Source: Azolla caroliniana
Taxonomy: Eukaryota > Plantae > Polypodiophyta
Assembly (NCBI GenBank): GCA_043228905.1
Contig: JBHGNT010000017.1
Span: forward strand, 6,944,001-7,008,000
Length of the DNA: 64,000 nt
Direction: 5' to 3'
The position numbers and the translations under genes are program-made. The notes below the pieces were generated by a model. That model was given only the letters and a program-made list of their open reading frames with translations, did no database searches and was not told where the DNA came from. Positions 26,301 to 39,104 of this stretch are shown in pieces. Position 1 is the stretch's first letter, and each line of letters begins with the position of its first letter.

Positions 26301-26810
26301 TGAGCTACACTCATATTAATCATCCCCCATCTTGTCTTATTGTTCATAAGTGTGCTTCCTCTCCTTCTCTCACACATATACATACACATATCAGATAACC
26401 TTCTGCTGCTTAATATAAGTAAGTAATATAAGTAAGAGTTCCTTGATGTCTTTTTAATATAAGTAAGAGTTCCTTGAGCTACACTCATATTAATCATCCC
26501 CCATCTTGTCTTATTGTTCACAATTGTGCTTCCTCTCCTTCTCTCACACATATACATACACATATCACATAACCTTCAGCTGCTTAATATAAGTAAGTAA
26601 TATAAGCAAGAGTTCCTTGATGTCTTTTTAATATAAGTAAGAGTTCCTTGAGCTACAGTCATATTAATCATCCCCCATCTTGTCTTATTGTTCGTAAGTG
26701 TGCTTCCTCTCCTTCTCGCACACATATACATACACATATCACATATCTTCTACTACTTAATCATATACAAGACACTAATTAAACCTAAGTTAATTACCTA
26801 ATTATTTACC
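23360..26810 (+). mobile_element. Ty1/Copia family A copy 2, 3' half: integrase, RT, RNase H, PPT, expanded 3' LTR (25948-26810)
   Basis: Integrase HSGVWGP..FIDD..QQNGVAER; RT QMDVKNAF, IYVDEL, YFLGIE; RNase H YTDVDW..ISWSNKKQPTVALSS; PPT-like GAGGGGG just before TGTTGAG at 25948. Many stops. Confidence 0.9.
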
Positions 26811-28078
26811 GCTACTAACAGTGAGAGGGTGCAACCTACTAGATCACCTGAATTCATTCTAGCCTGATTTGGACACGAGCAGGATTGGCTTCGATTATCG
26901 GTGGGTTCTGTCCAAAGTGGCTACGGTCAATTCCATGCCAAGCCAAATTGGACCTGAATTTGCCGACTTATCACAAGGACAATTTGAATCCACATGACAA
27001 TGGATGCCGAACCTACTCAGAGTGGCTACGACCGATTTCATGCCTAGCCGAATTGAGCATGGCTATTGTCAATCAGATTCTTGGTGTTGTTTTTTATAGC
27101 CGATCTCACTTGAAGTAAGTGTAGCAACTCGAAGGACAAAGCCGACTAGTCTTACAAAATGTTGCTTAGCCATATTAAGCGTAGATTAGGCCAATCAAAC
27201 TGTCAAACACAGTTTTAAGTGGCAATAGTGCCGCGTTTTTTTTTATGTCGATCCTGTTCCGAGTAGCTACATACAACGAGTAAGTGGACACCGCCGACTA
27301 ACTTGTTCGAATACCGCTCAGCTGAGTGGAACACGGATGGTGCTGACAAGATGTAGATCCCACTTCAACCGGGTACAATCACTGGAGTTGAGTACAGCCG
27401 GTTGGCTTACTTTAGAGATGATTTAACTCAGTGAAGTGCCAACCAAAAGATTTTAGTCTTGCTGAAATCTCAGAATCTGTTCTAACAACAAAAAAAACAA
27501 TTGAGGGGTCTTTAGGGGGTGAAAGCGAGAATGTTGTTGAAGACAAGATGATGATCGTCCATAGAATCAAAACCCAACTTTGATACCAGATGTTGTAAAA
27601 TTAGGCCGTTAGTGTAGAAAGTGAACAACACTATGTGATGAAGATCACCAAGTTGATGACAAATATTAGCAAGGCAACTTAACAAAGATCATGATCAAGG
27701 CAGAATGTGAGAGAGAGAGAGAGAGAGAGACTCAAAGGCGCACAATATGTAATTGTATTATTCAAACTCAAAAGTTACAAATGAATGAAGGCAACAACCC
27801 CATCAACTAGGTTACAAAGCTAGATATATATCAACTGGGATAGGGCAGCTGCCATTGTGTTATTTACATAAATAACTTGTCCTAGTTTGTCCAATTGGGA
27901 CAATGTGAATACGGTCATTAGACACCCGTATTCTACATAAAGTATATTGAGAGTCGTGTGATGATGGTGTTTCTGAGGGGGTTGAGGGTGATTATTCATA
28001 GTAACATATAGTGGTGCCCTATATAGAGCTAACAGTGGTGACGGGGCAAATGTGAAATGTTAGAGGACACACGCAACA
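26811..28078 (-). mobile_element. LTR retroelement D: 5' LTR (27591-28078), PBS and non-coding internal leader
   Basis: TGTTG...CAACA inverted termini; TGGTATCAAAG (iMet PBS) on minus at 27578-27588; no recognisable gag in 26811-27577. Confidence 0.65.
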
Positions 28079-28421
28079 CTATGTGTGTTTGAGCAAAGAA
28101 AAAATGACAAACACATCCACCCCATGCTTATGTATTTTTACCCTTCATTGTGCTTAACGAAAAACAAGAGTCATGTTTATGTCTGCTATTTCTATGAAAG
28201 AACTCATTAACAAGGAAAAATAACCAAGAAACAACCCTACGACATTATAATAAACGTAGCATTGATTCTCCCCAACAAATTAGCCAACAACATTGTTTAT
28301 GACTATCGCATGAGAGTCCTATTGAGGCGACCCTATTGATTAAAGCTACATGAGGATATAAAAATCATTTTAGCGAATTATTCTAACTTTGGTTTTGTAC
28401 CATCGACACACATCGTCATTG

Positions 28422-28607
28422 GATTCCGACTCATAGGAAGTAGGAACTCGAGGAGCCCGGCTCACCTAAAGCAGGAGCGCGAGTTGCCTGACTCACATGA
28501 GGCAAGAGCTCGAGAGGCCTAACTCACATGAAGCAGGAGCCCGAGGAGCTCGACTCACCTGAAGCAAGAGCCCGAGGAGCCCAACTCACCTGAAGAAGGA
28601 GCCCGAC
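28422..28607 (+). repeat. Minisatellite, six copies of a 31-bp unit
   Basis: Consensus GAGCCCGACTCACCTGAAGCAGGAGCCCGAG with units starting at 28422, 28453, 28484, 28515, 28546 and 28577. Confidence 0.85.
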
Positions 28608-29439
28608 TCTGACCCATAAATTATGGTCTAGGAAGAGAAATTTGAAACTTTATTTTTGTGGTGAGCGAGGGCGAGGAGAACAGAGAACATGACTGCATAA
28701 ATTGAAACCCTAGCAAACGGTTTAGGGCTTTAGGTGTTTACGTTGCTGGTAATGATTCTCTCCGTTGGGTATTTCTTTTGATAACATAGTCAACAATGTT
28801 GATGAAAACAACACGTAGGAAGGAACCGTCATGTCTCAAATTTTGGGAGAAGCCAAAAGGTTGGGTACAGTTGAACGATTATGCTTGTGCCTTCCAAGTA
28901 CAAGTTCAAATCATTCTTCAAATCCTTGTTCTTCAGCACTAGTTACTGAATCTTGCAAAGCTATTTGGTGTCTTCTTAACTCAATATTTGGGTTCAGAAT
29001 CTAGAATTTCTTCAGTTACACAGGTTTGGAACTCCCATTGTGCTAGGTGTTACAACTTTTTTCTTTGATCTAATATAACTGTCAATAATCACTCTGGTGA
29101 TTTACATATTCTATTAAGATGTTGTATGCCATCACTAGTACTGTGTGATGTACTCTCATATAATCTAAGTTTTACTAATCTGACTTCTCCCATGTTACAA
29201 TGATTTCAATCGTTTATTGACTTGCTCATCTCTCTCACTAAAGCATGTGAATAAAGTAAGTTTCTACTTGTTTTGATGGCATGGCACAGGGTTAGTTTCA
29301 AACGATAACTTGATCAATTTGAGCAAGATTTGGCATGTTTGGACAAGTTCCACCCTCCAAATAACTTTGTTGCCCTACATGAGTGATGAAGAGTGGAATT
29401 GTTTTTTGAGTTGTTTCAATGGCTATTTAGATGAAGTAC

Positions 29440-29657
29440 TAACAACTAAACATCCCCAAAATCCGAATTTTGAGTTTGTTGACATGTATTCTCAGTATCA
29501 TGACGCCTATGCTACAAGGAAAATGTTTAATAAGTTGCAAAAACAAAATACGGTTGCATGTAGTGCATTTGTTTCAGGATATATACACTATAAGCGTGGA
29601 TGTGAAGCCATACAAGTCTCTAAGTATATGCATCATGCTGGATATAGCCTTAGTTAG
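29440..29657 (+). pseudogene. Degenerate PLS-class pentatricopeptide repeat (PPR) fragment
   Basis: FVDMYSQYHDAYATRKMFNKLQKQNTVACSAFVSGYIHYKRGCEAIQVSKYMHHAG resembles the S-P motif consensus (LVDMYAKCG..ARKVFDKM..RDVVSWNAMISGY...G..EAL.LF..M...G). Only ~1.5 repeats, then a stop. Confidence 0.6.
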
Positions 29658-31870
29658 TCAAACTTGAGCCATCAATGTTTTCTTCTGATGAAGTCTTTTT
29701 TGAAATTCTGATGATTTGAGTTATAATTTGGATGAAAATTGATGCTCATTTATCCTAATTTCTGCAAAATGGAAAATCTGAACTACAAACGCGAGGAGAT
29801 CAGACAACATTTTAGATCATTGTTGCTTAGTCATGATGACATTCGAATGTTTCAATACAAAACTTCGCCACATTTAATGGAAGGATCCCTTAACAACTGC
29901 ATTGAGAAGAATCTCATTAGGTTCGAAGAAGACTGAGAATACTTGACATGGATCTATGTTTGTGCAAAGGCAACGTAGACGAATATGAGACTCCTCAAAG
30001 TTCTCCAATTTCTCACTGTATGTAATTGAAATCAGAGATTGCATATCTGATCTAGTGACTATACTTGTACAAATCTTGTTCAATCTCAACCAATTTTGGT
30101 AGCTCCTCTAGTTCTGGTCTCCTGGCTGATTTGGCCTTCATTTCGATTTCTATTGTTTTGTGTACTCACAAAAATCACAATACAACAAAACTATTTTCCT
30201 TCAATTTGTTGTTTTGTATTCTGATGTAATTATATCGTTTAGTTTCTTCCATGGTTCAAAGAATTTATTTTTCTGATATTTTTTCTTAAATTTTCAATTG
30301 AGTATAGGATTTAGTGAGAAGAAAGTCATGAAAGGGAAAGTTTTGAGTAAGATACCTTGAAATCATCACTGTTCTATTTGGCATAAGTAGCTTTCCATTG
30401 GTCTTCAGTAAAAAATGTCATACCGGCAACTCCCTCTTTGTTTAATTAATGGTAAATTACACTAGCCATGCCTTTAGTTGCATGCATTTTTATATCCTTC
30501 TAGATTAGCACCTACTTTTGATATTGATCAACACACATAATTAACAATGGTACTCTACTAATTTCAAATGTTACAATCTACTCATTGTGTGTTAAGATGA
30601 ACTCTTGTTGGAAGTCTAAGTCCGTCCCATTCTTGGTACCTCATGGTCATACTATTCAATTTATTTATTTAACTTCTATTCATTAATTGAGTAGTGTTTG
30701 GACAACTACGTACAAGTGTAGTTCCTATTGATTGGTGAATTTGGCAAAAGGAAGTCATAGATTCTTGTCCCTTTGATAGTGAATGATAATGCATTCTCAA
30801 CCACAAGGAGTGAGCAACACAAGGATGCATGGGGGCCCCTATGATGACAAGTTACAATATTGTTAATTCTTTTGTTATAGGAACATGTCAATGAGACCAT
30901 TCTTTGACTTGTATTTCCACAAATTAGGTAGTATTTGCTTCCAATATTTTTTGAGCCACAAAATCACTTTCTAAACAAAGTTATGGATATGTGTATTCAA
31001 GTTATTTTGAACTAGACAAGCATTAAATGAATAACTCTTTTGACTTTACATAAAGACCTTTTTGGTTGTATCATGTTGCCAAAATAGTTCAAGGGCATTC
31101 CACCTAAAATTCTCACGTGCATTCTTGGCTAAGAAATAAATGACAGAAAATTTGATTCACTATTGTAGCAATCCATGCATAGGTCAACTTACAAATTTCC
31201 AATACATCAACTTTTCATCTTTTCAAGTTCTCAACTTGCTTGATCTTTGGCATGAATATTGCTTATTAAAGGATATCTAAGATGCCAAATAATCTTATTT
31301 GGAATGTCATTGTGAATTATGAAAAGAAGCATCTTAAGAGACAACTTAAGCAAAAAGTTCAATTGCATCAATCAGAGTTTGCAAATGTTTAGTTATATAC
31401 TAGAGCACAAAAGTATGGTCCACATCATATGGTTATTAGTTAAGTGTTTGATGATGACAATTTTACACCTTGCAAGTACAAAGCAAGGATGAGAAGTAAT
31501 TGCATACAATAGGGTGTTTAGACAACAACCTTTTGCTAATTATTTCTCCAAAAGACCAATTCTAAATACAAGGAAGATTTGCCACCTTAATAGAAATGTA
31601 ACCATTCTATGGGATGCACACCATGATATAAAGATATATATTTTAGACTATTAGGGCACCTCATCTACGATAGGCTTCAATTCTCTATATCACTCATCAA
31701 TAAGGCCAAATCCATCCATGTGTAGTTCCCTATAAATCATGCAAAAACAATTTAGTTCATGTGAATAGATGAAGAAAAACTTGCATTAAATTTGTATGAG
31801 AAACTTTGGTAATTTGTAAGCATTGTATCTGACTCCCTTCTCTAAAAGTTAAGAGTGACAAGTGAATACC

Positions 31871-31990
31871 ATGAGGTGTAACTCCTGGTCACTATTTGAT
31901 ACAGAAACATTAAATAGTTGAAAGCCCGTGAATCTAGGGCTTGGCCGGACTTAAACTCATCTTGGAATTGTAGACGATTAGGGTCGTCCA
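31871..31990 (+). repeat. Left copy of a ~120-bp inverted repeat pair (possible DNA-transposon TIR)
   Basis: GTCACTATTTGATACAGAAACATTAAATAG..GCCCGTGAATCTAGGGCTTG..AGACGAT.AGGGTCGT is the reverse complement of 39800-39918. Confidence 0.7.
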
Positions 31991-32064
31991 ATACAGAAAA
32001 AGGAAAAAGCAAAAATAACACCAAATAAAAATAAAAATACAACTTTTGGGGGAGAGAATTTTTT

Positions 32065-32107
<43 letters not shown>

Positions 32108-33634
32108 AAAATACACAATTATATTAATAAATGTGTGTAAAAAACACTACTTACAATGGGTGTGACAATGGAGTATGGTCACCCACTAACTACACTACAC
32201 TACATGGGTAGTGGAACATGTTGAATTGCCAATAGGCAAGACGAACACTCCACCGAGGAAAGAATTTCCACTTGCTCCAATAAAGAAAATTGGCACATTA
32301 GTACTCCCTTCAACTTTCGTAGATATGCTTTCACTCCATGTCTACCATCGAATACAAAAGCATTGCGCATATTCCAATTATGATGCAATCCCCAATATCT
32401 CAGAAATAGAAAAATGATCTCCATCTCTGATTTTGGGTCAACCTGTGTAAATTGTGCAAACACCCATTGTCTAGGTGTCAAATAACACCGTGATAAGACT
32501 TGCCAAATTTGAGAAATGTAATTCCAAATCTGACAAGCAATCGGACATTGTATAAATCGATGAGTATTATCTTCCATTTGAACAATGCAAAAGAAGCAAT
32601 TACCCGTTGCTAGTCCACGACACTTTAGAGCTAATCCCAAAAGCAATCCTCCAATCAAAACTCTCCAAATGAAGACCTTTGCTACAAGTGACAATTTAGA
32701 ATGCCAACTACGTTGTAAGATATGCCACCCACCCATGATTAGATTTGTGTATTCCCCATTTTTCTTCAGCCTTAGATGATAACCATCCGAGAGACTCGAC
32801 ATAGCAATGATACAAAAGACTAGTAGTCACTTGTAACAACGATGTTTGCCCCTTTAAACACCAATCAATCCACGATTGTTCTCTTGTTTGTAGAGGTAAG
32901 GGACCTTGCATCAATGGAATATTTTGTAGTTGTTGCCAAATAAACCCATAATTAGGTGGAATGCATAATAATTGTCGCGCTTAAACAAACTCCAAAATTC
33001 TTTGAGATGGAGCCTCAACTATATCTACCAGCTCTTTGACCCCCAAATGAAACAAACGATTAAATTGAGAGCGCAATCTCTCCTTTCCTGGCCAACATAA
33101 TAACTGAGAAGACACAATCAACTCTTTTTGCAAAGAATTACAATGCTCTCTACTGCATGGTGGTTTCCATACACATAACAATAGTGCTTCTTGCCATGAG
33201 GTAACCAAGTGTTGAACACATATAGAGCCCAGAATCCTAAGTGAAATACATACATTCGGTAATTGCCACCATGAAGCCTTAATTGTTGCCCTCCCATGTG
33301 TTAAACCCTTGTTCTCAATGAAATATTGAACAATAGATATCCATGGTTGTGAGTTTGAACACATGTCTTGTAATAATGAAAATCTACAAGCCATCATATG
33401 CTTAGATAAGTTCAATATTCTAGCGCCCCCCAAGCGCTTAGGGGTTGCTAGATGATTCCATGCAACCCAAGTGATTCCCATCTTATCCCTCTTCTTCCAC
33501 AACAAATATCGAAGAGGTTGCAAAATAGAATGCAAAGCCTTCTTTGTCCATGGCAACAATGGCAAGTAATATAGTTTCATGGGTTCCATAATACATTGTA
33601 CAACCTTCAAGCGTACATGAAATGGCCAAGATTG

Positions 33635-34147
33635 TGACATAAAATACATGAACTTATCCCTCAACTTACTAGACATCCATTCGATCAATTGACCAATTGT
33701 AACATTCATTCCTAATGGATAGCCCAAGTGTCGAAAAATAGAGCCTTTCTTCACCACATATCCTTGCCATCCTAAACATTCCAAATCCCTTTCAATACAT
33801 GATATGACATAAAATACATGAACTTATCCCTCAATTTACTAGATATCCATTCGATCAATTGACCAATTGTAACATTCATTCCTAATGGATAGCCCAAGTG
33901 TCGAAAAATAGAGCCTTTCTTCACCACAGATCCTTGCCATCCTAAACATTCCAAATCCCTTTCAATACATGATATGACATAAAATACATGAACTTATCCC
34001 TCAATTTACTAGACATCCATTCGATCAATTGACCAATTGTAACATTCATTCCTAATGGATAGCCCAAGTGTCGAAAAATAGAGCCTTTCTTCACCACAGA
34101 TCCTTGCCATCCTAAACATTCCAAATCCCTTTCAATACATGATATGA
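33635..34147. repeat. Three near-identical tandem 170-bp units inside L1 ORF2
   Basis: TGACATAAAATACATGAAC starts at 33635, 33805 and 33975; the repeated peptide ECLGWQGSVVKKGSIFRHLGYPLG appears in three ORF-track entries. Confidence 0.92.
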
Positions 34148-37100
34148 GACTATACTTCCTCCAATTAATATGTATTCCGGGAGCCAATGCAAATTGGTTC
34201 CATACAAGCATCCCCTTCTCAAGATTCTCTCGTGAGGCTTGTAAAAACATGAAAGAATCATTAGCCAAAGCTTGTGCTACTAGTTCCCCTCCAGACGGAA
34301 GGTGTAGATGCACAATGTCACCATTTGTTGCAAACCTTGATAACATCACTAACAAGGGATAAGTAACAATAGCAAACAACAATGGGCTAAGAGGGCATCC
34401 TTGACGAACGGATCTTGTGAGGGCAATATCTTATGTAACTCCCCCATTAAGCATTACTCGAGACACCGCATCTTGTCCTAATAAAAATATGAGACGAGAC
34501 ATACAAGGTCCAAAGCCCATTGTATGCATTAACCCAGAAACAAAGGACCAATTAACATGATCATAAGCTTTCTCCAAATCTAATTGCACCATAATCAATT
34601 CTTGATGAGTGTTTCGAGCATAATCCATGGCCATTTGAACATTCAACACATTATGCAATATATTCCTACCTACAATAAAACCATATTGGGCAGAATGTAA
34701 CAACTTTGGCAAATACTTTTGTAATCTATTTGCCAAGACCTTTGTAAATATCTTATCCAACCCCCCCCCCCCCCCCCCCCCCCCAATCAAAGAAATAGGT
34801 CTCCATTGATAAAATGACTTGGGAAATGCCACCTTTGGAACTAATTTAATTAGACCAACCTTCCAAGCTTGAGGCATACGACCAGAATCCCAAGAATGTT
34901 GAAACATCAAAGTTAAGGACCCCTTTAAAATGTTCGAATATCGCATAAAAACTTCATTTGTCAAGCCATCCCAACTAGGGCTCTTACCACTAGGAAGATG
35001 CCTTAAAACTGCGTCCACCTCATCCTTAGTGAAATCCGCATCCAATTCATGACTAATGAGATCATGCACAATACATCCAACCACATCATAAAACTCATGA
35101 CGTGCTCTACCCACCTCATTTGTCATTAACAATTGTGGGTCAATCAACTCCTTAAAGTAATGAACACATATGTCAATTATTGTAGTAGGATTCACTATCC
35201 ATTCATCCCCTTGTTTCACATGTACCACATTTGATCGAGCATAAGTAGGATGTAATGCTTGGAAAAAAAAAAGAGATTAACATTGATTATCTATGAGCCC
35301 ATCCCTCAATTGTCGCATCTTCGCATAATGATAACTTTGGTATTGCAACTGAGAAATAATAACATGCAATTGACTTTGGATATCCAAAAGCTCCTCATCT
35401 AATGGTGCATGTATCAATAATGCATTACACCTGGAGAGAACTTGTGAGAATTGTCGAAGAAGACCTCTTCTTCGTTGAGCATTAGTTACTCCATACATAT
35501 GATGAATGATCTTAATGTTTCGTAACGTGATATCCCATGCTTTGACTCCTTTAAGATTCACTTCTTGTGAAAAATTTACCAAAATTTGCTCCATGAGAGA
35601 ATCAAAGTGAGGTTGAAGCAAAAGAGAAGAGTTAAAGCGTAATGGAGGCTTTCCAATAAGGATTTATACATGTCAATTGCATGATTACAAACCTCCAAAC
35701 AAATAGGAAAGTGATCTGAAGTTCCTACATCTTGTAGAACTTTCATACGAAGTGATGTCGGTAAAAAAGAATCATTGTGCATCACATACATTCTATCTAA
35801 CCAACTCCATGTTTGTCTATGTTGAGCGGATTGGAAAGTAAAACCTGGATCATTCCCATGCAACAATGTCCAAACATCCAACTTTAGAACCTCCATAGCC
35901 AATGCATCCTAAGCAAGTTGCTCAAGATCATCCATGATTGAATGTTCAGACGTAGATTGAGATGCATCAACACACATGTTAAAATCACCCATAAGTAATC
36001 TGGGACAACCCGCACATAGGGTTTGAAGGAGTGAGCCCCATAATGCAATACGTTGAGTGGCTTGGTTAGGCACATAAATCCCAACCACCCACACAACCTC
36101 GCCAAAAAAAGTGATTTCTAGAACCGAAAACTGACCATAAGGATCATTATGCACCACTTGAGGATAATATTTATCCCGCACGATTAATACCACACGTGAA
36201 TAATGATTATTAAGATGTCCTGCATAGAATGATGAACATCCACGTAAATGAACCTTGGATCCTACTAACTCATGACACTTATGCTCAACTGCACATAATA
36301 CATCCCATTCTTTATTTAACAAAGTTTCCGATAATATATTCTTATGAGGAGAACATGCCCCTCTCACATTCCATGTTACCACTTTCATTCAATCAACAAT
36401 GTTATGGGTGCACTTGCTCCTTTAGAGCAACCAATGTCATGAAACTAGTCAAAGCATGCTCCAATGCTACATATAGATTTTCATGCACCACATCCTTAGG
36501 GTTGTCTATCGAAATCTTTTGTTTAGGTTCTCCCGCTTGACGAAAACCTCGAGAATTCGATGAATTTACAACCCGTCCCAATGAATCAAATTGAAGGTGA
36601 AGGGGTAAATTTCCCTTATCCCTAAATTGTCTTTCCAAGGAACTTTTCAAGGACCCTCCCTAGTTCCAGAATTTCCTTTCCAAGCAGTCTCACAAGTAGT
36701 GGGCAAACTATTACATTGCATATTCATTGATTTCCCCTTGGACTTGTCCTTAACATGATGCCAATCCTTTTCATCAACAACATCACTAGTTCTATCCAAC
36801 GGTTTTTTCCCCTTATCTATAACCACCCAACTTTGTTTTTCAATATCCATAGATTGAGTTCCCTTATTCTTAGGGCCCAAACCTTGAAGTGAAACCTCTT
36901 TATAACCTGCTCTAGATGATGTTCCTTCATCCATAACAACCACAATATCTGGCGCACCAACATCTCTCCCAACTCCTTCCTTACCATTCCCTTCATTAGG
37001 AACCTCTATAGTTGAAGGACAATGACGATGACATTCCGCCATAAAGTGACCCCATTCACCACATCCAAAACAATGACCTGCAAATGTCTCCCACTTCAAT

Positions 37101-38077
37101 TTAAAACAAAGTCTTTTCATACCAAGTGTGGTCATACGCACCCATCCTGGCCTCTTACGGTTTGTATCCCATAACACACAAAATCTGACTTATTTGTAGC
37201 ATTTGCATGTGGAGATACCAACACTTTACCCATTTGACTCATCAACTCTGGTAAAAGTGGCCATAAAAAAGCATGCTTACAATCCATTGTTACCCAAACA
37301 GGGCATTCTTATTTTAACAAAGCATGATAGTCCACAACGAGGGACCATTGCATTACATACACCAATTGTTTATCAAAAAACACAGGAACTTTAGCCAACA
37401 ATGCACTTCGATGTTCCGGTGAACGAAACACTACATCATAAAACCCTTGGGGTTCTACATATATATTTTCAACACAATTTTGTGACATAATTGTATTTAA
37501 CCATTGTTTAACCCAATTAATGTATGGGAGTTTTCCGGTAAAAAATAATATAACCGCACGATCATAGAATACATCAAAAGATTGCAACACTACCTTAGCA
37601 TCAACTTCCACATCATGCACATCCTCATCAATGCATTCTTTCACTTCATTTTCTTTTTCTTCCACAACATTAGACAACAAGGTATTGGCAATTCCCCGTA
37701 AATTATCCCAATTACAACGATCCTTGTCAACCTCATCTACATGTATTACTTCGGCATATGTCAATTTTTTCTCATTAATTTCTTCAACACCCTTAAACCT
37801 CTTAAAGCTTCCAATGTCTTCCCTTTCACAATTACATTCAACCATCACATTACTCTTATTTAGATCAATTGTTTCCATATCAATGTCCCCCACAATTTGT
37901 GAGGAATTCATGTTTATACCCATTATTCTTGAGGTGATATCGATCCGGCATAAAAACAATTTTCCATGAACAAGAGAGACAACCAGAACTCCCCCAATTG
38001 AAGAGGTCGAAGATGATGAAGAAAATCGAAGACCCGCAATGTGTGTTAACTATGTGGATGTCGATAACACAAGATTC

Positions 38078-38349
38078 TGACAAGAACTACATGCTCTGAT
38101 GAACAACGCTCGGCCACAACCGAGCTTAGAATCAAATATAGAAAACGGGAATGAATGCACGACACAATGGAGAGAGGAGTACACAGGATGTTTACGTGGA
38201 AAAACCCAAACACGGAAAAAACCACGACAGTCCACTAATTGCTAACTATCACTATGTAACAATATGCAATAGATGAACACAGAGGCAACGACCTCTTGTT
38301 CATTGTCTTCACCACAGGTGGCGGTTACAACAGAGATATGAACTCTTCG

Positions 38350-38395
<46 letters not shown>

Positions 38396-38855
38396 CACTA
38401 TTACACTCTAATCTTGCGCCAACAAGAATGACAACAACTTATATTAAGTTTGCCCTAAGTCATATTTATACTAAAATGAATTTTCATCTATTTACAAATA
38501 TAGCCCCGATGGACTCTCAGAAACATATTTACGAATATGTCCCTTCATTCAGTGAGCACTCCTCACCGGGCCTGCATCATCTGGCGCTTGCCGGGTACTC
38601 CTCATCCGGTTCTCACTAGGTCTTCACCATCTGGCTCTTGCCAAGTACTCGTCATCCAGTTCTCACCGGGTCTTCCATAGCCGGGTACTCCACATCCGGT
38701 TCTCACCGGGTCTTCCGTTGCCGGGTACTCTTCATCTGGTTCTCACCAGGTCTTCCGTAGCCGGGTACTCTTCATCGAGTTCTCACCGGGTCTTCCGTAG
38801 CCGGGTACTCTACATCCGGTTTCACTTCCCATCCGGAGGGACTTGTTTCCTAACA
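38078..38855 (-). mobile_element. Solo LTR, Copia family B (778 bp), with internal 40-bp tandem repeats
   Basis: TG...TAACA termini, exact TSD GATTC (38073-38077 and 38856-38860); shares CTCGGCCACAACCGAG and GGAAAAAACCACG with other B LTRs. Confidence 0.9.
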
Positions 38856-39060
38856 GATTCCTTATTTCTATCACTACTTCTTGTACAAACCACCAAATTT
38901 AATGTGCTATATATCGTTTCAAAGATCTTATTGAGGGCTTTCTAACGCTTGTCTTTGTGCCCAATTTTGTTACCGATAGAGAGCACAACAACAAAAATGA
39001 ATTCGCTTCTTCTTCTTCCCCTCTCCACTCTTGGTTTTTTCTAATGCCTGTCTCTCTCTC

Positions 39061-39104
<44 letters not shown>

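Larger units (their letters stand above)
32105..39050 (-). mobile_element. Near full-length degenerate L1-group LINE (ORF1 ~36400-37960, ORF2 ~32200-36388), with a solo LTR in its 5' region
   Basis: ORF1 DUF4283-like region plus zinc knuckle CFGCGEWGHFMAEC; ORF2 APE (KVVTWNVRG, MGDFN, LDRMY, SDHFPI), RT (KSPSWDG, WRPISL, DLEKAYDHV, RQGCPLSP, ALANDS, RHLGYP) and zf-RVT (CFFC...HRFIQC). The 5' boundary is approximate. Confidence 0.88.

Noticed and set aside
28422-28607. 31-bp repeats as CRISPR or a coding repeat
   Set aside because: Head-to-tail units without spacers; the period is not a multiple of 3.
30300-31840. Possible degenerate coding sequence on the minus strand
   Set aside because: Frames are full of stops and no family motif was recognisable.
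34761-34784. Poly-C24 giving a poly-Gly stretch in L1 RT
   Set aside because: Homopolymer slippage in a dead element; the length may also be a sequencing error.
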